Under the pieces are notes generated by a model. It saw nothing but the letters and a program-made list of their open reading frames with translations. It ran no database searches and had not been told where the DNA came from. Below, piece by piece: positions 57,886 through 64,000 of a stretch of DNA of 64,000 bases. The DNA comes from Polyangiales bacterium (GTDB lineage: Bacteria > Myxococcota_A > Polyangia > Polyangiales > Ga0077539), in the NCBI GenBank assembly GCA_044229975.1, contig JBGARZ010000002.1, positions 960,001 to 1,024,000 of the forward strand. The letters run 5' to 3'. Each line of letters opens with the position of its first letter. Position 1 is the stretch's first letter. The translations under genes and the position numbers were made by a program.

Positions 57886-59883
57886 ATGACCGAGACCGTT
57901 GACGCCGCCGCGATCCGCCGCGCGCTCGATCAGAGCCGAGGACAGCGCACCCAGATCACCCGCGGAGCGCCGCTCCCCATCGACACGGCCCATGTGGTCG
58001 GCGCGTGCCCCAACTGCGGGCACCTGGGCGCGACGATCCTTGGGTTCCCCGATCCCCCGTACGCGGGGCCGCAGGGCAAGCCGCGCTACCGCAACGCCAA
58101 GGAGCTCAACACCTTCGTCGAGGAGCTGTTCAAGAAGCCCCCTCCGCTCCCGGCCAACGAAGACCCCTCCGAGCCGTCGAAGAACCCGCAGCAGGCTCCG
58201 TTCTGGAAGGGCCTCTGCAAGTGCGGCGCGAAGATCATGCCCCCGCAGCCCGACCCCAAGACGGGCGAGATGGTCGCTGAGCCCGGCGCCACGCCGCGGC
58301 AGGTGTGCGGCGTTCGCTTCATCAAGGCGATGCCGGGCTCCGGCGCCGAGCTGGTCATCGAGGCCCTCGCGGGCGGTGACGGCGGCGTTCCGTACACCGA
58401 CGGCGTGGTCATCAAGTCGAAGCTCCTGCGCGCGCCGCTCGACGGCGTCGAGACCGTGGCCTCGGACGAGGTCGACGACGAGAGCATCGAGAAGACCTTC
58501 GGCCGCCCGCTCACGCTGGCCAAGCAGTGGAAGGGCGTGCTCGACGCGGCCGCGAAGGGCGAGGAGTCCATCGCGGAGGTGGAGCCCGGCTACTGGGTCT
58601 GGGCCGGCCCCAAGGACGACGCGGGCCTGGAGCAGCGCGTGAAGGACCTCATCGGCGAGGACAAGCAGAAGGCGGCGTTTCCGCTGGCGATGCTCCCGCA
58701 GATGGCCCCGATGCCGCAGGGCCCGGCGTTCCCGCAGTGGGCCTTCGAGCACGCCGACGCGATCATGAAGGGCGAGATGCGCGCGGGCGTGGTGATGGAC
58801 CAGGCCGTGACGCGCAAGCTGCTCCAGGGGCAGCTGGAGCGCGGCGGCCTCGGGTGGACGGAGCAGAACGAGGGCGCGGTGCTCATCGCCTCGGCCGGAG
58901 AGCTCCTGTGGCCGATGGAGGTGCCGATCGTGGCGCTCGGCGCGGCCCACCTCGGGTGGTACCTCGGCGAGACGACGGCGGCGGCGGTGGGCGAGACCAT
59001 GGCGCGCATCACCGAGGTGAAGCGCTTCGTCGACACGGCGCGCGCCGAGCGGCCGGAGATGACCTTCGCGGTGCAGGGCACGCAGATGATCCCCAAGCGC
59101 GCCGACGGCACCGCGGGCCGGGCGCTCAACCTGATGGACATGCCCTTCCGCATGCCGCCGGGGAGCAAGGACTTCAAGCGCGAGCTGCGCTTCGCGTGCG
59201 ACGAGCTGCCGAAGAACCTCGACCCGTCGCGGTGGTGTCCGTGCGGCGACAAGGCGTGGGTCTGCGCGCGCATCTTCCCGGCCCGCGTGGTCGAGCAGTT
59301 CAAGCAGGCGACGCAGGGCAAGAGCCCGAAGATCATCGAGGCGTGGAACGACGCTCTCCTGGTCGCGGTCATCTCCGACGACCGGCACGTGCGCATCCCG
59401 ACGCAGGAGGAGCTCGAAGGCTCCGGCCTCAAGGGCGACGCCTTCGACCGCCGCCTCGCCGAAGAACTCCCCAACAACATCTTCGCCGTCGACGTCTCGA
59501 TGCACGAGGACAAGAACCAGAAGCGCGCACTGCTGGCCTTTGGTCCGCTCGTGGCGAGCGTGGTCATCAACGACCACCTCATCAGCGCGCTGCACGGCGC
59601 CTGCGGCAAGCCGCTGCGGGGCGACGAGGTCTCGGCCGTCGTCACCACCCCCAACGTGATCTGCCTCCACGAGCCGGGCTTCGACGACGACCGCCTGGAG
59701 CAGGTGCTCGACATGGGCGCCGCCATGGACGGCCTCCCCGCCGACGTGAAGCCGCCCTTCGACCTCTCCTGGGACGTGTCGCTCACGGCCGCTCCGGTGG
59801 GCAAGTTCGTCAACCTCAACCCGGCCCCTCCCGGCCAGGGTCAGCCCCCGCCGCAGCAGGCCAACGCCCCGCGCGGTCGGTGA
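57886..59883 (+). CDS. Large hypothetical cytoplasmic protein with Cys motifs
   Basis: 665-aa ORF with strong G/C-ending codon bias, GGAG RBS, CPNC, CKC and CPC motifs; no signal peptide or TM. Confidence 0.75.
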   Translation: MTETVDAAAIRRALDQSRGQRTQITRGAPLPIDTAHVVGACPNCGHLGATILGFPDPPYAGPQGKPRYRNAKELNTFVEELFKKPPPLPANEDPSEPSKNPQQAPFWKGLCKCGAKIMPPQPDPKTGEMVAEPGATPRQVCGVRFIKAMPGSGAELVIEALAGGDGGVPYTDGVVIKSKLLRAPLDGVETVASDEVDDESIEKTFGRPLTLAKQWKGVLDAAAKGEESIAEVEPGYWVWAGPKDDAGLEQRVKDLIGEDKQKAAFPLAMLPQMAPMPQGPAFPQWAFEHADAIMKGEMRAGVVMDQAVTRKLLQGQLERGGLGWTEQNEGAVLIASAGELLWPMEVPIVALGAAHLGWYLGETTAAAVGETMARITEVKRFVDTARAERPEMTFAVQGTQMIPKRADGTAGRALNLMDMPFRMPPGSKDFKRELRFACDELPKNLDPSRWCPCGDKAWVCARIFPARVVEQFKQATQGKSPKIIEAWNDALLVAVISDDRHVRIPTQEELEGSGLKGDAFDRRLAEELPNNIFAVDVSMHEDKNQKRALLAFGPLVASVVINDHLISALHGACGKPLRGDEVSAVVTTPNVICLHEPGFDDDRLEQVLDMGAAMDGLPADVKPPFDLSWDVSLTAAPVGKFVNLNPAPPGQGQPPPQQANAPRGR

Positions 59884-59902
59884 TACCCTCCCGCGCGCTC
59901 CG

Positions 59903-61057
59903 ATGATCGACAGCGCGCGACTCCGCTCCCACTACACAGCGTTCCTGCGACCCGGTCGGGTGCTCCTCACGGGGCACTCGCACCAGGCGTGGCCCGACGT
60001 CGCCCGCGACGCGCTCACCGAGTGCTTCGACGCCGCCGCCCTCCACGTCGACGACAAGTGGGGCGCGGCCTTCGCCGTCGCCGACGAGCTGCGCGCGGGC
60101 CTCGCGTCCGACCTCGGCGGCCACGCCCGCGACTACGCGCTCGACCTCAACACCCACGCGCTGGTGACCCGCTTTCTCAGCGCGCTTCCGTGGTCGAAGC
60201 GCCGGCACCTCGTCACCACCGCGGGCGAGTTTCACACCCTGCACCGCCAGCTCCGGCGGCTCGCCGAAGAGGGCATCCGGGTCACCTTCGTCGACCCCTC
60301 ACCCGTCGACTCGCTCGCCGCCCGCCTCGCCGCCGCGGTCACCGCCGACACCGCCGCGGTGCTCTGCTCGTCGGTGCTCTTCGAGACCTCCAGCGTGGTG
60401 CCCGACCTCGGCGACCTCGCCGCCCGCTGCCGCGCGCTCGCGGTGCCGTTGCTCGTCGACGCCTATCACCACTTCGCGGTCGTCCCCTTCGATCGCGCGG
60501 CCCTCGGCGACGAGGTCTTCGTGCTCGGTGGCGGGTACAAGTACGCGCAGTGGGGCGAAGGCGTGTGCTTCCTCGGAGCGCCCCCTGCCAACGACCTGCG
60601 CCCGGTGCTCACCGGATGGTTCGCCGACTTCGCGCACCTCGCCGACCGTCGAACCGACGCGCCCGTGCAGTACGGCGACGACGGCGCGGCGCGCTTCGCC
60701 GGCGCCACCTACGACCCGGCGAGCCACTACCGGGCCCGCGCGGTGCGGCGCTTCTTCGACGCCCAGGGCCTCACCATCGACGCGCGCCGAGAGGTCTCCC
60801 TTGCACAGACGGCGCACCTCCTCGCGGCCGCCGACCGGCTCTCGCTCGACGTGGCGACCCCGCGCGCCGACGCTCGTCGGGGAGGCTTCGTGGCGGTGCG
60901 GGTCAACGACGCGAGCGACGCAGTCGAGGCGCTGAAGGGCCACGGCATCTGGACAGACTCGCGCGGCGACCTGCTGCGACTGGGCCCCGCGCCCTACTCC
61001 ACATTGGACGAACTCGATCAGGCCATGGAGGCTCTGGGCGCGTGGACACGGCGATGA
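59903..61057 (+). CDS. Kynureninase-like PLP-dependent enzyme (aminotransferase class V)
   Basis: TGHSHQ, EFHT, VDAYH, GGGYKY, TGWF, LRLGPAPY. Confidence 0.75.
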   Translation: MIDSARLRSHYTAFLRPGRVLLTGHSHQAWPDVARDALTECFDAAALHVDDKWGAAFAVADELRAGLASDLGGHARDYALDLNTHALVTRFLSALPWSKRRHLVTTAGEFHTLHRQLRRLAEEGIRVTFVDPSPVDSLAARLAAAVTADTAAVLCSSVLFETSSVVPDLGDLAARCRALAVPLLVDAYHHFAVVPFDRAALGDEVFVLGGGYKYAQWGEGVCFLGAPPANDLRPVLTGWFADFAHLADRRTDAPVQYGDDGAARFAGATYDPASHYRARAVRRFFDAQGLTIDARREVSLAQTAHLLAAADRLSLDVATPRADARRGGFVAVRVNDASDAVEALKGHGIWTDSRGDLLRLGPAPYSTLDELDQAMEALGAWTRR

Positions 61058-61572
61058 AGCGAGCGACGACGTTCTGGCTGATGGCGACCCTGGGGTGCGC
61101 GAGCACGCAGACGACAACGGCGCCCGCCGCGCCTGCGAGCGACGAGGCCCTCGCGCGGGTGGCGGCGGTGCACGGGGGCGCCGGGCCCTTCGCCGTAGCG
61201 GGATACCGCATGGGGGCGCGGGCGCTGACGGAGCTGTCGCTGCCGCGCGGGAGCTTCGACGTCGACGTGGAGCACACCTCGCCGCCGGAGGTGCAGTTCA
61301 GTTGCATCGCGGACGGGGTGGCCGCGGCGACGGGGGCGAGCCTCGGGAGGCTCAACCTCCGGCGCGTCGACACCACCGACGGGACGACCCACACCCAGGT
61401 GCGCGACCGCCGCAGCGGTCGGGCCGTGGTGCTGCGGTTGACGCCGGGCTTCCTGGCGCGGTACCGCGACGTACCGATGCCGGGGCTCGGCGCGGCGGGT
61501 CGCACGGTGCTCGACCTGCGCGACGAGGAGATCTTCGAGGTGGTGCCAGAGCCGCGAGAGGTGACGCGATGA
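61054..61572 (+). CDS. FmdE-like lipoprotein
   Basis: MKRATTFWLMATLGC signal; HGGAGPFAVAGYRMG, SCIADGV...TGASLG; ATGA overlaps at both ends. Confidence 0.72.
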   Translation: MKRATTFWLMATLGCASTQTTTAPAAPASDEALARVAAVHGGAGPFAVAGYRMGARALTELSLPRGSFDVDVEHTSPPEVQFSCIADGVAAATGASLGRLNLRRVDTTDGTTHTQVRDRRSGRAVVLRLTPGFLARYRDVPMPGLGAAGRTVLDLRDEEIFEVVPEPREVTR

Positions 61573-62096
61573 CCGACGCCGTACCGTTCAAGCTGAGCCG
61601 CGAGAGCAACATCCGCGTCGACCGCGAGGGGCACATCTGGCACGAGGGCGAACGGGTGCTGCACCCGGGCCTCGCGCGCACCCTCGCCCGCTGGATCGAC
61701 ATCGAGCCGAGCGGCCGCTACGTGATGCGCAACGCGCTCGACTGGTGCTTCATCACCGTCGACCACACGCCCCTGGTCGTGCGCTCGGTGACGCTGGAGA
61801 CCGACCCCGCGATGCGCGTCGAGGTCGAGCTCTCCGACGACACCACCGAGAAGCTCGACCTGCGCACCGTACAGGTCGACCCCGATGGAGTGGTCTACGC
61901 CCACGTCCGTGGGGGCAAGCTCCTGGCGCGCTTCGACCGGCAGCCGTCGTTCAAGTTTCTGGAGCACGTCGAGGCCGACGAGAAGGGCATCATGATCTTC
62001 CGTTTGGGTACGCTCATGGTCCGCATCGCCCCGCTGGAGCGCGGCGAGACCCTCGTCCCCCCTGCCCCGCCGCGCAGCCAGGCCAGCCGCGGCTGA
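61569..62096 (+). CDS. DUF1285-like protein
   Basis: IRVDREGHIWHEG, ITVDHTP, YAHVRGGKLLARFDR. Confidence 0.7.
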   Translation: MTDAVPFKLSRESNIRVDREGHIWHEGERVLHPGLARTLARWIDIEPSGRYVMRNALDWCFITVDHTPLVVRSVTLETDPAMRVEVELSDDTTEKLDLRTVQVDPDGVVYAHVRGGKLLARFDRQPSFKFLEHVEADEKGIMIFRLGTLMVRIAPLERGETLVPPAPPRSQASRG

Positions 62097-62167
62097 TGGT
62101 CGCAGCGACGGGGATGCCGGTTGACCCCGCTCGGGCCGCGGTGCTACCGCCCGCCGCGATCACCCCG

Positions 62168-62422
62168 ATGCCCACGGTCACGCTCTACACCCGACGCGGC
62201 TGCCACCTCTGCGACGACGCCAAGACCGTCCTCGACGCCGTCCGGGGCGAGCACCCCTTCGAGCTCGCGGTCGTCGACATCGACACCGACCCCGCGCTCG
62301 TCGCGCGCTACACCGACGAAGTGCCGGTCATCGCGGTCGACGGTCGTAAGGCGTTCAAGTACCGCGTGACGGCGGCCGAGCTCGTCGCGCGCCTCCAGCA
62401 GTCGGAGGCCACCACGCCATGA
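62168..62422 (+). CDS. Glutaredoxin-like protein (DUF836 type)
   Basis: VTLYTRRGCHLC, VDID, EVPV. Confidence 0.88.
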   Translation: MPTVTLYTRRGCHLCDDAKTVLDAVRGEHPFELAVVDIDTDPALVARYTDEVPVIAVDGRKAFKYRVTAAELVARLQQSEATTP

Positions 62423-63003
62423 GCCGACCTCCCTTCGATCGCCGTCAGACCGCCCTCATCGTCTCTGGCGCCTTCGTCATCGCGGCGCTCGCCGCAGGCG
62501 TCACCTTTGGCGCGGCCGCCCTCGACGGTGAGCACCGCCGCGGCACCGCGCTCATCGCCACGCTGCGCCCCGACTACGTCGGCAACGACCGCGTCGCGCC
62601 CGACTTCTCCCTGCGCGACCGCAACGGCCGCAGCGTCAGCCTCCGCTCCTTCCGCGGACGAACGGTGGTGCTGCACTTCTGGTCGCGCGAGTGCCCGCCG
62701 TGCATCGAAGAGCTCGCCGAGTCGCTCCCGGCCTTCGACGAGCTGGTGCACTCCACGCCCGACCTCGCGCTCCTCATGGTCAGCGTCGACGCCAACTGGG
62801 CCGCCGTCGCGCCGCTGGTCCCGTCCAGCATGCACGCGCCGATGCTCTTCGACCCCGATCGCAGCGTCGTCGAACGCCGTTACGGCACGAAGCTATTCCC
62901 CGAGACCTGGATCATCGACCCCGAAGGCGTCATCCGCGCCCGCTTCGACCGCACCCTCGACTGGACCTCGCCCGCCCTGCTCTCGTTCGTGCGCTCGCTC
63001 TAG
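62419..63003 (+). CDS. Membrane-anchored TlpA/ResA-family thioredoxin
   Basis: N-terminal TM; APDFSL, HFWSRECPPC, FPETWIIDPEG. Confidence 0.88.
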   Translation: MSRPPFDRRQTALIVSGAFVIAALAAGVTFGAAALDGEHRRGTALIATLRPDYVGNDRVAPDFSLRDRNGRSVSLRSFRGRTVVLHFWSRECPPCIEELAESLPAFDELVHSTPDLALLMVSVDANWAAVAPLVPSSMHAPMLFDPDRSVVERRYGTKLFPETWIIDPEGVIRARFDRTLDWTSPALLSFVRSL

Positions 63004-63026
63004 CGAGGCCATCGCGCGGGGCGTGC

Positions 63027-63055
63027 TTGACCCCGTGCGGGCGCCCTTCTACACC
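63027..63055 (+). promoter_or_regulatory. Candidate sigma70-like promoter of lgt
   Basis: TTGACC-N17-TACACC ending 8 nt before ATG 63064; no Shine-Dalgarno. Confidence 0.4.
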
Positions 63056-63063
63056 GCGTCCCC

Positions 63064-64000
63064 ATGCATCCGGTCATGATCACGGTCCCGGGGTGGGCGT
63101 TCAAGTTCATCGTCCCCGCGCTCATCCTGTGGGGCGTCTACTCCATCATCGTCAACGTCAACCGCAACGGCGCACCGCCGCCGAAGAAGGGCGCGGAGGG
63201 CGACGCGAAGGACGACAAGGGCCCCATCGCCGACTCACCCGCCAACGCCCTGTTGTCGGTCGCCATCGGCATCGGCGTCTTCGCCTACGCCGCGCCCCTC
63301 GGGCTGCACGGCTCCAACGCCGAGAAGGCCCTCCAGGTCATCAAGGGCTTCGCCCGCGGCCTCATCTGGAAGTCCCCGTGGGAGTCGCTCCCCATCTACT
63401 CGTACGGCGTGATGCTCGGGCTCTCGCTCGTCGTCGGCTGGTACGTCGTGCTCGGGCTCACCGACCGGCAGGGCCTCCCCCGCGACAAGATGGCCGACTG
63501 CTACGTCTTCACCGCCTTCATGGCCGTGGTCGGCGCGCGCGTCCTCTACTTCCTCACCAACCTCGACGAGTTCTCGTCGCCCCTCCAGATCCTCCAGCTC
63601 CGCTCGGGCGGCCTCGTCGCCTACGGCGGCTTCCTCGGCGGCCTGCTGGGCAGCGTGATCTACCTCTATCGCAACGGCTTCTCGCTCTGGAAGTGGGCCG
63701 ACGCCGCCGTCCCCGCCCTCGGCTCCGGGCTCATGATCACCCGCCTCGGTTGCTACATGTACGGCTGCGACTTCGGCCAGCCGCTCTCGCCGCGCGCGCC
63801 CGCGTGGTTGAAGTTCCTCGGCACCTTCCCCCACTGGCACGACGGCCACGGGGCGCCCGCCTGGCAGCAGCACGTGCGCCTCGGGTTCCGCGCCACCCGC
63901 GAGGTCTGCGAGCGCGGCTACCACGGCATCTTCAACGCCGCCGACGGCCTCTGCCACATCGCCCCCACCACCGAGCACTCGGTGCCCGTGCACCCCACCC
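63064..64000 (+). CDS. lgt: Prolipoprotein diacylglyceryl transferase (Lgt), paralogue 2 (3'-partial)
   Basis: Translated manually (absent from the ORF track): MHPVM.., IYSYGVML, GARVLY, GGLVAYGGFLGG, TRLGCYMYGCDFG, PVHPT; runs off the window. Confidence 0.88.
   Translation, partial: MHPVMITVPGWAFKFIVPALILWGVYSIIVNVNRNGAPPPKKGAEGDAKDDKGPIADSPANALLSVAIGIGVFAYAAPLGLHGSNAEKALQVIKGFARGLIWKSPWESLPIYSYGVMLGLSLVVGWYVVLGLTDRQGLPRDKMADCYVFTAFMAVVGARVLYFLTNLDEFSSPLQILQLRSGGLVAYGGFLGGLLGSVIYLYRNGFSLWKWADAAVPALGSGLMITRLGCYMYGCDFGQPLSPRAPAWLKFLGTFPHWHDGHGAPAWQQHVRLGFRATREVCERGYHGIFNAADGLCHIAPTTEHSVPVHPT

Noticed and set aside
63235..63993. 252-aa minus-strand ORF at the window end
   Set aside because: Antisense shadow of the partial plus-strand lgt.

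Overview
A very GC-rich chromosomal window, most likely from a myxobacterium (Myxococcota, Polyangiales-like). This is inferred from the Cys-rich lipoproteins with Stig1/MXAN_6577-like repeats, DAG-rich linkers and a TSP3-repeat OmpA protein. About 57 CDS can be supported; no rRNA, tRNA, CRISPR array, integrase or transposase was recognised. From left to right: a Wzy-like membrane protein, a four-gene ABC exporter, Bcp, a GT-C glycosyltransferase, LysR, aldehyde dehydrogenase, a two-domain DsbA lipoprotein and an OmpA/TSP3 protein; a WYL regulator divergent from a VWA-membrane protein-lipoprotein-PilZ string; FkbM methyltransferase, an Lgt paralogue and comEC; a complete isc operon (iscS-iscU-iscA-hscB-hscA-fdx) headed by a Cys-tailed MerR regulator instead of an Rrf2/IscR; transporters, TolC, a DEAD-box helicase, a TPR-gluzincin, YqgE and a REC-GAF-HD-GYP protein; an 8.4-kb block of four large surface lipoproteins (three Cys-rich, one VWA-like); then CopZ, YyaL, a large unknown protein, a kynureninase-like/FmdE/DUF1285/glutaredoxin/TlpA cluster and a second, N-terminally extended lgt. 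The best leads for undescribed biology are the MerR-isc module with tandem palindromic operators, the WYL-VWA locus with a candidate operator, the Cys-rich surface-lipoprotein block, a pacifastin-motif lipoprotein and two non-coding repeat elements. All family calls come from motif reading only; no database searches were run.
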